Positions 32,601 through 40,300 of a stretch of DNA of 64,000 nt are shown here, piece by piece. Below the pieces are notes generated by a model that made no database searches, had not been told where the DNA came from, and saw only the letters and a program-made list of their open reading frames with translations. The DNA lies in NCBI GenBank assembly GCA_965263035.1, contig OZ253580.1, positions 96,001 through 160,000 on the forward strand, given 5' to 3'. The position numbers and the translations under genes are program-made. How positions within the stretch are numbered: the stretch's first letter is position 1; every line of letters begins with the position of its first letter. The stretch comes from Acidobacteriota bacterium (GTDB taxonomy: Bacteria; Acidobacteriota; UBA6911; RPQK01; JAJDTT01).

Positions 32601-35600
32601 CGCTGACGGTGATCGTCTGCCCCACCGTCAGCGCCCGCTCAGCCGCGCCGCCGGTTGCCGTCACGGCCACGATGTACTCGTTGTTCCCCGCCTCGTTCGG
32701 GGGATCCGTGCTGGCGACATCCGCCGCTCTCTCGTAGTTCGGCGGGACCTTGAAGGTCAGCACGCCTGTCGTTTCGCCGATATCGAACTTCGAGGCGTCG
32801 GCGCCGCCGGTGATCGCATAGGCGACCCCGTCGCCGCTGTCCGGGTCCGTGGCGGTCAGCGTGGCTGCCGCTGTCTGGTTCTCGTCCGTCTCGAAGCTCG
32901 TGCCGCTGCTGAAGGACGGCGCAGTGTTGACCGACTGGCGGGTGAAGGTCAGGGTCGCGATCGGCTCGTTCGAGAACTTGCCGGTCCCCCGCAGGCTCGT
33001 GATGGTTTCCTGCGGCGAGGTCGCGGAGTTATTCAGCGAGAACTCGGTTCCCTCCTCGGTTCCGGCATCCCACGGATACAGATTCACCGTGCGCGATGCC
33101 AACCAGTCGCCTTGCGCATCGAGCAGGGACAGCCCGGAGACGCCCACGAACCAGTCCGGGCTCGGCGCCACCATCGTGAGCAGGGTGACCCGGGGATGGT
33201 CGGTGCCGAGCGTGACCATGTTGATGGTTGACGAGCCTGTCGGGCCGATATTGCCGCCGCTGCCCTGAACAACGCTGAGCGCATCCGGTTCGGCTGCCCG
33301 GACTTCATTCGCCAAGGTGCTCGTTCTGCCGAGTTCCGCCATCAACTCGACCCCCGCGCTGGCCATGCCGCCCTCTCTCAGGAAGGTCACGCCGGCGTTG
33401 TGGACACTGCCGATCAGGGTCGTGAAATGCGCTCCGGAGGGAAGGCCGTCGGAGGTGACGGTGGTGGTCCAGGTTCCCTGGAAGGTCACGCTGTAGGTGG
33501 CCGCAGACTTGACCGCGGCCACCGGATCGCTCGCCGGCGGGTTCAGCCACATATTGGGCAGCGCGGTTTCCGGCGTTTCGTTCGTCACCGACCGATTGCT
33601 CAATCCGATCGCAGCGTTGCCCGCCGCGTCCCGGATCGGATTCGTCCCCGGGCTGTAGCCCACCGTCACCGTCTCGTGATGCGCCACGACCGAGGCGAGT
33701 GTCAGCGTCACTACCCTTCCGCTCACCGAAACGTGGGTGACCGTGCGCCCATCCCCCGCGACCGTGACCGTGAAGGCGTCTGTCGCCGGCGTCGAACTCT
33801 CGTCCAGAGCTTCCCCATAGGTCAGCGTCAGCGCCACCCCGTTCACCGCCGCTGAGGCAAGAGCCGGATTGACGACGTCCACAAGGTTCGGCCTGAGGAT
33901 GAACAGGCCCTGCTCAATCACGCTGACAATCACGATTCCACTGTCAAAGAACGGATAGTTGCTCCACGTTCCGCCGCGGGTGTTCGTCGGGTCGCTGCCG
34001 GGGTTGAAGTCAAAGAAAGCTGCTTCACTTAGATTACCGTTGGCGATGTCGGTGAGATCCAAGATGCGCAATCCAGCGTAGTAGTTCGACTGGTAGGTGT
34101 ATTTGCCCTTGACGTACAGGTTGTGGTCGATCGCGGTTGTCGTGGAGTCGTGAGAACCGATGAGCGCCGGCTCGTCGAGATCGCTCACGTCCCACATGTA
34201 GGTACGGGTATTCGTGACATCGGGGTTATTCTTTTCATCCAACTCGTCGCCCAGCAAGAAGTAGGCCTGATCTTCCGTTAGCCAGCCTTGGTGGGTGTAC
34301 CTAGAACCGCTGTAACCCTTGCGGGCGAGCATCACCGGATCTGCCTTGTTCGTCACGTCGACGATCGTCAGCGTGTCCACGTTGGAGTTGAAGCAGATCT
34401 CTTTTCCCTGGTGATCGAGGTCAGGGCCATCGTAGTTCACACATTGTGCATCGTGGGTGTAGCCGTCGTCGCTGAAACAACCGGCTGAGGTCGGGCTCGT
34501 CGGAGTTTGAATGTTGATCATATGCAACCCGCCGCTGCAAGTGTTCGTACCTACCGCGTAAGCAAAGCCACTGTCTTCGTTAATCACGAGATTGTGAGCA
34601 AGCAAGAAATCAGGGTAGTGGGCGGTTTCGGAAAACGTGGCAGGGGGTGAGGCCACCGTTCTCAACTGAGTCAGGTCAAATACCTGCATGCCGCTGTTGT
34701 TTGCCTCCGTCACTATAAAGGCATGATCCGCGTATACCTTGATGTCCCGGAAGGTCGAGTTGGCGGAGCGTCGAGGAAGGTTGCCAAGATAGATCGGGTT
34801 GAGCGGGTCGCTAATGTCCACGAACGACGTGCCGTTGGTCCGGCCCATAATCGCGTACTCCTTGCCGGTCGAGGAATCCGTCCAGCCCCAGATGTCGTTA
34901 GCGCTGCCGCCGCCAATGTCGGCTAAAGCCAGAAACGACATCAGGTCGACATTACTGCAGGGGTAGGTTCCAGCCATCCCTCCGGAGCAGGTTGTGGGGT
35001 CGTCATCGATGATCGTGATCGTCTGCTCGGCGCCGATCGTGCCGCCCCCATGACTGGCCGTGATCAGGATCGTCTCGGCATCATCGTCGACCCTGTCTTG
35101 TACGGCTGTGACGGTGGTCGCAACCGAGCTCTGCCCCGCGGTGAGCGTGAGACTCTCCAACGCCACCGTGTAGTCCGTGCCCTTCGTCGCCGTGCCCGCA
35201 AAGGAGAGTGCGATCTCCTGATCCTCCGCGAAGGTGACGCCGTTGGTGATCTCAACCGTCACCATCGCGCTTCCACCCGCCTCTACGATCGCCGCTGGAG
35301 AAGCCGCCAGGGTCAACTCCGGGGCGGTGTTGACCAACTGGCGAGTGAAGGTCAGGGTCGCGATCGGCTCGTTCGAGAACTTGCCCATCCCCCGCAGGCT
35401 CGTGATGGTTTCCGGCGGCGAGGTCGCGGAGTTATTCAGCGAGAACTCGGTTCCCTCCTCGGTTCCGGCATCCCACGGATACAGGTTCACCGTGCGCGAT
35501 GCCAACCAGTCGCCTTGCGCATCGAGCAGGGACAGCCCGGAGACGCCCACGAACCAGTCCGGGCTCGGCGCCACCATCGTGAGCAGGGTGACCCGGGGAT

Positions 35601-37479
35601 GGTCGGTTGTGAGCGTGACCATGTTGATGGTTGACGAGCCTGTCGGGCCGATATTGCCGCCGCTGCTCTGAAGGACGCTGAGCGCATTCGGTGCGGCGGC
35701 CCGGATCTCACTCGCCAGGGTGCTCGTTCCGCCGAGTTCCGCCATGGACTCGACCCCCGCGCTGGCCATGCCGCCCTCTCTCAGGAAGGTCACGCCGGCG
35801 TTGTAAACACCGCCGATCAGGGTCGTGAAATGCGCTCCGGAGGGAAGGCCGTCGGAGGTGACGGTGGTGGTCCAGGTTCCCTGGAAGGTCACGCTGTAGG
35901 TGGCCGCAGACTTGACCGCGGCCACCGGATCGCTCTCCGGCGGGTTCAGCCACATATTGGGCAGCGCCGTCGTCTCCGCCGTCTTCTCCACCAGGGCACT
36001 GCGAGTCGCCTCGCCGCCCGCGACCACCGTCGCAACCTGGTACGTGTTGGTCGTGCCGGCGGTCACGTCGGTTTCGGTGAAGGTCAAAACCCTGAGGCCC
36101 CCGTCGAGGGTGTCCGAGGTGGCGCCGTCGTCGCGGGTCAGTCTGTAGGTGACGCTTGGCGGCGGGTCCCAGTGACTCACCGTCACCGGGGTCCAGGTCA
36201 GGGCCACCTGCGTCGGCCCGGCCGTCGCCGTCAGGGTCGGCCCTTCCCGAAGCTGGTAGCCGAACTCCTGCCACGTCGCGGTTCCGCTCTCATCGAAGTC
36301 CGTCTTGAGCGCCGGGTACTGGGCGTCCGTTCCGAAGTGCCAGGGATCGTCCGAGGTGCCGTCGTTGTTCAGGTCCACGTTCCAGTCCGCATAGATGCCA
36401 CTGTAGCCCGTGGGCGCCTGCAACTGTGCCGTTGTCTGACCGGTCCCGTCGCCGATTCCGTAGGTCTCCCGGCCCGCTGCAGGACTCGAGCTGATCTCGA
36501 TCCTGCGCACCGCCGGCCCCGGCGGGACCGTCAACGGCTTGGTCTCGGACTCGATCCGGAGCATCCCTCCGGAGACTGCCGCGCGCAGCGCTTCCGGTGA
36601 GGTGTGGTGGAATCCACCGGCCGCCTCCAGGATCAGAGCGACCATTGCCGCCGCTTCGGGCAGAGGCGCCGACGCCCCGCAAAAGGTCTCGAAATCCGGA
36701 TTGGCCGCGCTCACGCACGTCGCCGAGGAAAGATCAGATTTCGATCCGGCCGAATCCCCGGTTCTCGAAAAATCGTTTGGCGCCGACCGGCCTGGAAGGA
36801 ACTCTCTTTCCCAGATCCCGGCCTGATTCTGACCGCCGGCCGCAGAGACGTAGACACAACCATTGCGGACCGCCGCCTTGACCGCCTGGGCCTGGAGGCC
36901 GCCTTGACCGATCGTCGTCTGGTAATCGAAAAGATCGTCGACGATGACGTCCGCGCCCGCTTGGCAGAGCGCCTCGAGGTTGGCGGCGAACCGCGCCGGC
37001 CCACCCAGACCGGTCGCGAAGTAGAGGTCGGCCCCCGGGGCCAGGTCGTGGAGGATCGAGAGGGTCGCCGTCCCGTCGTCGCCTTCGCCCGCCTGCCCCG
37101 GCAACACCGTCACCCGGTCCCGCAGGTCCTCCGCCGCCTCACCGGCCATAACCGCGGCCACGCCGGTCGAGAGCACGCCGATCCCGACGCCCGTGCCGTC
37201 GACACTCTGACGCCGGCGTAGCGCAGCCAGTTGCTGCGATGCGCGATCCCGGGACGGACGGACCCTTCGATGCGCGATCTCGTCCTTCGGGCCCGTCCAC
37301 TCAACGGACGGGAACTCCGGCCACGGCTGCTTGATCGGCCGACTGGCCTGCTTCGGGATCCCGCCGACAACGGTCGGTGGTGGGTGCTGGGACCAGATCG
37401 GCTCCACCCACAGAGAAGTCGCCACCAACACCCCGAGGGCCCAGCACGTGTTTCCTGTCCAGCGTGGCTGCCGCATCAT
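20692..37479 (-). CDS. Giant (5595 aa) secreted mosaic surface protein / adhesin
   Basis: Single ORF with signal peptide. Domains: degenerate S8 peptidase, GLUG-like tail, Fn3, 2x spondin_N, Calx-beta-like, choice-of-anchor B, 2x cadherin, PQQ sugar dehydrogenase propeller, ten Ig-like repeats each followed by a SwmB-like repeat, poly-Pro linker, Fn3, tandem FAHF.NG C-terminal domain. Confidence 0.92.
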   Translation of the reverse strand: MMRQPRWTGNTCWALGVLVATSLWVEPIWSQHPPPTVVGGIPKQASRPIKQPWPEFPSVEWTGPKDEIAHRRVRPSRDRASQQLAALRRRQSVDGTGVGIGVLSTGVAAVMAGEAAEDLRDRVTVLPGQAGEGDDGTATLSILHDLAPGADLYFATGLGGPARFAANLEALCQAGADVIVDDLFDYQTTIGQGGLQAQAVKAAVRNGCVYVSAAGGQNQAGIWEREFLPGRSAPNDFSRTGDSAGSKSDLSSATCVSAANPDFETFCGASAPLPEAAAMVALILEAAGGFHHTSPEALRAAVSGGMLRIESETKPLTVPPGPAVRRIEISSSPAAGRETYGIGDGTGQTTAQLQAPTGYSGIYADWNVDLNNDGTSDDPWHFGTDAQYPALKTDFDESGTATWQEFGYQLREGPTLTATAGPTQVALTWTPVTVSHWDPPPSVTYRLTRDDGATSDTLDGGLRVLTFTETDVTAGTTNTYQVATVVAGGEATRSALVEKTAETTALPNMWLNPPESDPVAAVKSAATYSVTFQGTWTTTVTSDGLPSGAHFTTLIGGVYNAGVTFLREGGMASAGVESMAELGGTSTLASEIRAAAPNALSVLQSSGGNIGPTGSSTINMVTLTTDHPRVTLLTMVAPSPDWFVGVSGLSLLDAQGDWLASRTVNLYPWDAGTEEGTEFSLNNSATSPPETITSLRGMGKFSNEPIATLTFTRQLVNTAPELTLAASPAAIVEAGGSAMVTVEITNGVTFAEDQEIALSFAGTATKGTDYTVALESLTLTAGQSSVATTVTAVQDRVDDDAETILITASHGGGTIGAEQTITIIDDDPTTCSGGMAGTYPCSNVDLMSFLALADIGGGSANDIWGWTDSSTGKEYAIMGRTNGTSFVDISDPLNPIYLGNLPRRSANSTFRDIKVYADHAFIVTEANNSGMQVFDLTQLRTVASPPATFSETAHYPDFLLAHNLVINEDSGFAYAVGTNTCSGGLHMINIQTPTSPTSAGCFSDDGYTHDAQCVNYDGPDLDHQGKEICFNSNVDTLTIVDVTNKADPVMLARKGYSGSRYTHQGWLTEDQAYFLLGDELDEKNNPDVTNTRTYMWDVSDLDEPALIGSHDSTTTAIDHNLYVKGKYTYQSNYYAGLRILDLTDIANGNLSEAAFFDFNPGSDPTNTRGGTWSNYPFFDSGIVIVSVIEQGLFILRPNLVDVVNPALASAAVNGVALTLTYGEALDESSTPATDAFTVTVAGDGRTVTHVSVSGRVVTLTLASVVAHHETVTVGYSPGTNPIRDAAGNAAIGLSNRSVTNETPETALPNMWLNPPASDPVAAVKSAATYSVTFQGTWTTTVTSDGLPSGAHFTTLIGSVHNAGVTFLREGGMASAGVELMAELGRTSTLANEVRAAEPDALSVVQGSGGNIGPTGSSTINMVTLGTDHPRVTLLTMVAPSPDWFVGVSGLSLLDAQGDWLASRTVNLYPWDAGTEEGTEFSLNNSATSPQETITSLRGTGKFSNEPIATLTFTRQSVNTAPSFSSGTSFETDENQTAAATLTATDPDSGDGVAYAITGGADASKFDIGETTGVLTFKVPPNYERAADVASTDPPNEAGNNEYIVAVTATGGAAERALTVGQTITVSVRNVEEAGTVSFSQVGAAIGARLSDPDGGVSSAAWQWARSSERSTGWTNISGATSARYTPSSGDQEMYLRATVSYDDGHDSGKQAQGISSSEIAPLDLQVDTLVSGLSIPWGIAFAPDGTMLFTERSGVLSSRLTDGTVQTVTADFSDLFAIGETGLMGIVVDPSFASSRRFYTCQGHSGPELQVITWTVNADYTQATRVADPLVGGLPAGSGRHGGCRLRFGPQGYLWIATGDAAAGTVPQDLTSLGGKVLRVDASTGAGATTNPFASSPRIYTYGHRNVQGLALRPGTSEMWSVEHGPSKDDEINLLVAGRNYGWDPVPGYNEQVPMTDLVKFPDAFEAKWSSGLPTLATSGGIFLEGEHWGVWEGRLAVATLRDSKLRLFEFTPDGGFVSQVIVPELDGDFGRLRTPMMGPDGALYVTTSNGGGEDRILRIAENTTAPEVSMIEITSDPGPDGTYAIGEAIEVTVTFDETVVVTGTPQLTLRVGDQDRTAEYQSVTDAEVLFRYQVGTGDLDTNGVSIAADSLSLNGGEVNDGSDNEADLDHRALGNQSQHRVDGIRPELAATNGAVVDAATLTLTYTETLDSSSVPTTSAFIVFGGAGSRTVSGVVIRGRAVELTVTPAVQHWETGIRLIYAVPAGPGATPIQDPAGSDADGLSGVPVTNATPDRVPPTVTSVEITSDPPDGRDVYGIGEEIEVTVTFSETVTVTGTPRVTLKVGERDRSANYESVTGAEVLFAYTVVVNDSDTDGVSIEADSVSGGMIRDTARNGAVRTHPAVEADAEQKVDGVGPSLAATDGAVANGAMLSLAYSEVLDESSVPANAAFMVTGGSQTRTVTGVQVNGSAVTLTVSPAAEDGETGIRVSYTVPTGTGANPIQDRAGNDAAGLSNRSVTNRTGDTTGPTVETVAITSRAGSDRTYGVDETIEVTVTFDETVVVTGMPQLILNVGGGDRTAEYQSVTGAAVRFGYAVGVGDNDPDGVSIEANRLSRGTGSIRDGASNNAILDHAAVGDDSEHKVDGVAPGLAPMDRATMNGSTLTLTYDEPLNGSLRPATSAYTVTGGNATRTVTGVQVSGSAVELTVNPAAEHEETGIRVSYQPGSNPIQDVAGNDAGAFTDQGVDNRTPDTTAPALEEIELSSNPGTDQTYAAGDAIEVTVRYDEPVRVVTTQGTPTLDLTVGNRRKAARAGAGPESATVVFVYTVEKGDLDPDGVSIAADRIDLNGGRIEDSAGNLAARSYEALPAQAGHRVDGVEPERESVTVHESRVTLTYDEALDEGSVPLGSDFTVAVAGNDRAVIQVQVSGKKVTLRLASPVAAGEAVTVTYTPGFNPIQDKVGNAAAAFMEEPAEPAPTVTWLLTSYSISENGGSSTVTARLDRVSSEPTTVTVSATPVSPAVAEDFTVSTNQMLTIEAGQTRSTGTVTISANNNDVDAPDKTVQVSGTSTNDQGVTGPSGVTLTIRDDDGTPAVTLELSPDSIGENGESSTVTASLSRASGERTTVTVSATPVSPAAEEDFRLSTNRDLIILAGETDSIGTVTISANDNDVDAPDRTVRVSGRASNDHGVTGPSEKTLTVTDDDDEPVMTLEVGPSTMVEAAGTSTVTVRITNGVTFAADQEIRLSWAGTAAKDTDYTVGTERLTLTLGGSSVTTTLTAVEDELVENDEEILITATHNREAVGTQQTVTITDDDFAPEITTTPPLLVAENETEVETLAATDADGRVEDLEWELAGGADRSKFTLTSDGELAFKTAKDYESPDDANRDGDYEIRVQVTDGFNPVEADFIVRLQDVDDTAPAFSSAVVNGATLTLAYSEELDRFSVPPTGAFTVTGGNQTRTVTGVRVSGSAVELTLDPPMEHGETGIRVSYTVPTGTGANPIQDTGGNAAPGLSNRPVTNQTGDTTGPVVEMVRITSNAGSDGTYAIEDAIEVTVTFNETVVVTGTPQLTLNVGGRNRTASYMSVTGATVKFEHQVVRGDSDRDGVSIEANRLSRGGGTIRDGAQNDAVLEHAAVAADSRHQVDGVPPMLALIDGAVANGTTLTLAYSEPLNSSSRPAASAFSVTGGSQTRTVTRVQVSGNSVLLTLNPAVTDTESGLRLRYQPGDNPIEDTVGNAAEELNNEPVTNNTGDTTGPTVQTVRITSNAGSDQTYAMDDLIEVTVTFDETVVVTAPPRLTLNVGGRSRTANYQDVTGADVRFEYKVVSGDSAAYGVRIDANRLSGGTIRDGAQNNAVLNHAPVAADSQHQVDGVKPTLASSDGAVVNGTTLTLVYGEPMDSSSVPSTDDFTVTGGSETRTVTVVRVDGSAVFLTLSSAVTDGESGLRVNYEPGSNPIQDTAGNDADRLSNRSVTNVTGDTTGPTVEMVRITSSTGSDSTYAVDDSIEVAVTFNETVVVTGTPRLTLSVGGQNRTAEYLSVSGSTVKFEYKVVLSDRDRDGVSIDANSLSRGSGTIRDGARNDATLTHAAVAPDSRHKVDGVKPSLATTDGAVVNGTTLTLAYSEPLNSSSRPAASAFTVTGGNETRTVTRVQVNGNAVLLTLSPAVQDGEFGFRLSYQPGTNPIRDVVGNAAVALSNQSVTNRTGDTTGPTVQTVRITSNAGSDQTYAAGETIEVTVTFDETVLVTGTPRLTLNVGGRSRTANYQDVTGADVRFEYKVVSGDSAAYGVRIEANRLSSGTIRDGAQNNAVLNHAPVAADSSHKVDGVKPVLATSDGTVVNGTTLTLAYGEPLDSSSRPSTDDFTVTGGSETRTVRAVRVDGSAVFLTLSSAVTDGESGLRVNYQPGLNPIQDTAGNDADRLSNRSVANQTGDTTGPTVSTVAITSSAGSDRTYGVDETIEVTVTFDETLVITGTPELTLNVGSRDQTAEYQSVTNRAVKFTYRVVTGDNDEDGVSIEANGLSRSGGMIRDGAQNDATLDHNAVAASSSHKVDAVAPVLALTDPAVVNGATLTLTYNERLNTSSRPATSDFTVAGGNETRTVTRVQVTGSEVRLTVSPAAEYGETGIRVGYESRSNPIQDAIGNDAEAFRDEFVDNRTPDTTAPSIEGIEISSDPGTDETYAVDDMISVTVRYDETVTVDTVRGTPTLDLLVGNQRKRASASVGSARTAVVFVYTVEKGDEDEDGVSVPRGSIALNGGKILDLSDNPAARSYDEVEMQADHKVDASVPGLQSVTVHGSRVALTYDEALDEDSRPARDDFAVTVEGNDRTVIQVRVRGNSVTLTLISPVAAGETVRVSYTPGFDPIQDEVGNAVEALTDQRADPPLVTIEAKQGSETVTEVGPVEFTLTRGPPTEAALTVRLEVTETGSMIETSGGYEPPDEVEFRTGQDTATLEVLTDDDDVAESTSRVTARLQPGDEYRLGPTSTQSARVTVEDNEVSAPPPPPPPPPPPPPPPPPPGPGPGPAPPPAPPPTAPTAPLKLQAEAGDGEVTLSWEAPESDGRSDLTDYEVRIDRTGEWISIGSTDLTVIVTDLRNGQTYVFEVRAVNEVGPSPPSNAVEATPLAEEVVLEFAHFGNGVSGNDVLITSDLVLVNVAEHEIRPVIYFFDRAGDLLEAESVVDVGEDLEVEADGGVSPGTEVAPLGELTISTHGRGEVVTGSVRVVSDGPIGGVVRFDIPGIGVAGVGASEATGDALFPARRQAGGIRTAAAIHNLGTEDVGVQCRLMKNGRVLEEREIKLSANGQDARFIEELFTETDTTDFVGSVRCTVPAGESFTGVAVELDSGNRIFTTLPVVPVGPEGGEEEETTLTFAHFANGTSGDGTLIRSDLVLVNVAASTARPAIYFYDRTGELLEPESMVEVGEDLVVREDGSLTLRTAMARLGERTISTHGRGEVVTGSVRVVANGPLGGVLRFDIPGVGVAGVGVSQPTSDALFPARRQAGGIRTAAAIRNLGAERTTVRCWLMRGGEELEWVDIPLNGRAQDARFIEEVFARTETRDFVGSVRCTALGEEMFTGVAVELDTGNRIFTTLPVVPVQDMTSRE
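32922..33565 (-). repeat. Spondin_N coding repeat, copy B
   Basis: About 640 bp near-identical to 35325-35968 (offset 2403). Confidence 0.88.
35325..35968 (-). repeat. Spondin_N coding repeat, copy A
   Basis: ATYSVTFQGTWT...TMVAPSPDWFVGVSGLSL...LYPWDAGTE spondin motifs; DNA near-identical to 32922-33565. Confidence 0.88.
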
Positions 37480-37835
37480 CCTGGGGCGTCGAAGATCGGG
37501 TTCCGTGCAGTGGCTTCGGAAAGGAGCGGGAAGGGATGCCCGCTCTCATCAATGGTCTTTAGATCTCGGCTGGATCGCGTGTCCCGCGGGAACCTGCAAC
37601 TCACATGCTGAGTTCTCTGTGAAAGGTCAGGGGGCCAACGAATGGCCTCCAACACAGGATACAGAACACTCTGGCAACTTTAGAACGTTATGATGAAAAT
37701 GGAGTGATAATATGGGCTATTTTAGTGACATTAGTGTGAAATATTCCACCCGGTGGCTGGCCCAATGGGCTGCCGAGCTGGGCGTTCGGGGACGGGGAAC
37801 CGGGCCTCGCTCCGGGGTCCGAGAAGGTTGGACCA

Positions 37836-40078
37836 TTGAAGAGTTCTGAGGAATGCAGACGAGAGAACGAGGCGCTGCGGGACCGTGTCTCCAGGTTGAG
37901 CTCGGCGATCCTGCGCATCAGCGAGAGCCTCGACCTCGGCACCGTCCTGCGCGAGGTCGTGGACGGCGCCCGCGCGTTGACCGGCGCCCGTTTCGGCGGG
38001 GTGACGACCCTCTCCGATTCGGGACAGGTCCAGGAATTCGTCACCTCCGGCATCACTGCGGCCGAGCACCAGCGGGTGGCCGACTGGCCCGACGGACTGC
38101 AGATCTTCGAACACTTCCGGGATCTTCCGGGCCCACTGAGACTCGCCGACCTCCCCACCTATCTCCGGTCGCTCGGCCATTCCCCGGACCGGTTTCCGTC
38201 GAAGACCTTCCAGTGCACACCGCTGCGTCACCGGGGCGTGCATGTCGGCCACTTCTTTCTCGGCGAGAAGGAAGGCGGACAAGAGTTCACGAGCGAGGAT
38301 GAAGAGATCCTGGTGCTGTTCGGGGCTCAGGCAGCCACGGCCATGGCCAACGCCCGCACCTACCGGGATGAGCAGCGGGCCCGGGCCGAGCTGGAGGCCC
38401 TGGTCGACACCTCGCCGGTGGGGGTCGTCGTCTTCGATGCCCGGACCGGAAAACCAGTGTCTCTCAATCGGGAGGGAAAGCGGATTGTCGGAGGCCTGGG
38501 TCAGCCGGACCGCTCTCCGGAGCAACTGCTGGAGGTGATCACGCTCCGGCGCGCCGACGGGCGAGAGATCTCGCTGGAAGAGTTCCCCCTGGCGCAGGCT
38601 CCGAGTAGCGGCGAGACCTTGCGCGCGGAAGAGATCGTCCTCGAAGTCCCGGACGGCCGGAGCTTGACGACGCTGATCAACGCCACGCCCATCCCTTCCG
38701 AGGACGGCGCCCTCGACTCCGTGGTCGTCACCCTGCAGGACCTCGCGCCGCTGCAGGAGTTGGAGCGGATGCGGGCAGAGTTCCTGGGCCTGGTGAGCCA
38801 CGAGCTGCGGGCGCCACTGATCTCCATCAAGGGCTCGACCGCAACCGTACTGGGGGTCTCCTCGGCCCCGGACCCGGCCGAAATACACCAGATCTTCCGC
38901 ATCATCGACGAGCAGGCCGATCACATGCGCGGCTTGATCAAAGACCTGCTCGATGCGGGGCGCATCGAGACGGGCACGCTCTCGGTCGTCCCCGCGCCCA
39001 CGGAGGTCGCCAGCCTGGTGGACCAGGCCAGGAACATGTTCCTGAGTGGCGGCGGGAGGCACACCATCCCCATCGACCTGCCGCCGGACCTACCCCGGGT
39101 GATGGCCGACGGGCAGCGCATCGTCCAGGTCCTGAACAACCTCCTGTCCAACGCGGCCAGGAACGCTCCCGAGTCCTCCCCCATCCGGGTCGCCGCGGTC
39201 CGTGACGGCGTTCACGTGGCGATCTCGGTCGCGGACGAAGGCCGGGGGGTGGCTCCGGAACTGCTGCCGCACCTGTTCCGCAAGCACGCGCGGGTCGGCG
39301 GCGGTACCAGCGGGATCGGGGGATCCGGCCTGGGTCTGGCCATCTGCAAGGGACTGGTGGAGGCCCACGGCGGGCGCATCCAGGCCGAGAGCAGCGGCCC
39401 CGGTCTGGGCACCCGGTTCACCTTCACGGTTCCGGTGGCCGAAGAGGCCGGGACGAGCGCGGCCGGTTCCCACGGAGTTCGTCCCGCCCATCCCGGGAAG
39501 GGCGGGAGCGACCGCGCATCCTGGTGGTGGACGATGACCCGCAGACGCTCGGCTACGTTCGGGACGGTCTCGCCCCGGCCGGTTACTCCCCGCTGCTGAC
39601 AGGCGACCCGAAGGAGGTGCCGCGCCTGATCAAGACCAACCCGATCCGTCTGGTGCTGCCGGATCTGATGCTGCCCGGGACCGATGGAATCGAGTTGATG
39701 CAGCGCCTTCCCGAACTGGCCGAACTGCCGGTCGTCTTCATCTCCGGCTACGGCCGGGACGAGACGATCGACCGGGCCCTGGAGGCGGGGGCCGCCGGGT
39801 GACCCTGGACGGCCGTGTGGTGCTGTTGACGACCACCGAATACGAACTGCTTCGGGTTCTTTCGATCAACGCGGGACGCGATCAACGCGGGACGGGTCAT
39901 GACGTACGAATCGTTGCTGCGCCAAGTGTGGCGCCGGGAGGAATCCGGCGACTACCGGCCGGTGCGCGCCTTCGTGAAGATGCTCCGCCGCAAGCTGGGC
40001 GACGACGCGGCCCGCCCGACCTATATCTTCAACGTGCGTCAGGTCGGCTACCGCATGCCCAATCCCAGCGACCTGTGA
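37836..40078 (+). pseudogene. Hybrid GAF-PAS-HisKA-HATPase-REC-winged-helix sensor/regulator, disrupted in its C-terminal part
   Basis: SHELRAPL H-box, NLLSNAA, DEGRG and GSGLGLAIC intact. Frameshift near 39470 before ILVVDDDP (REC). REC is truncated at GAAG and joined to TLDGR..LTTTEYELL...YIFNVRQVGYRM (OmpR-type wHTH). A 16-bp duplication at 39863-39894 adds another frameshift. Confidence 0.85.
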
Positions 40079-40145
40079 GCGACGTCCTTTCGGGTCGAAG
40101 AGGATTGGTTTTCACCGCAAGCTCAGGAGCCCGGATCGGTCGGCA

Positions 40146-40300
40146 TCAATTGTTCACTGCCTTCAGCTGATCCAGGTAGTCCGCCCACTCCTGCATCATC
40201 TTTTGCCGTTCCGGCAGATAGGCCGTGCGATTGTACGCCCGCCCGTTGGGGTCCCGCACCGCGTGGGCCAACTGGTGCTCGATAAAATCGGGACGAAATC
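40146..40300 (-). pseudogene. P4-type tyrosine integrase C-terminal fragment
   Basis: IEHQLAHAVRDPNGRAYNRTAYLPERQKMMQEWADYLD retains catalytic H and Y; truncated next to the IS3 end. Confidence 0.85.

Noticed and set aside
22860-35968. Adhesin repeats as a CRISPR array or DGR template/variable repeats
   Set aside because: They are long coding domain repeats; no reverse transcriptase in the window and no evident adenine-specific mismatch pattern.
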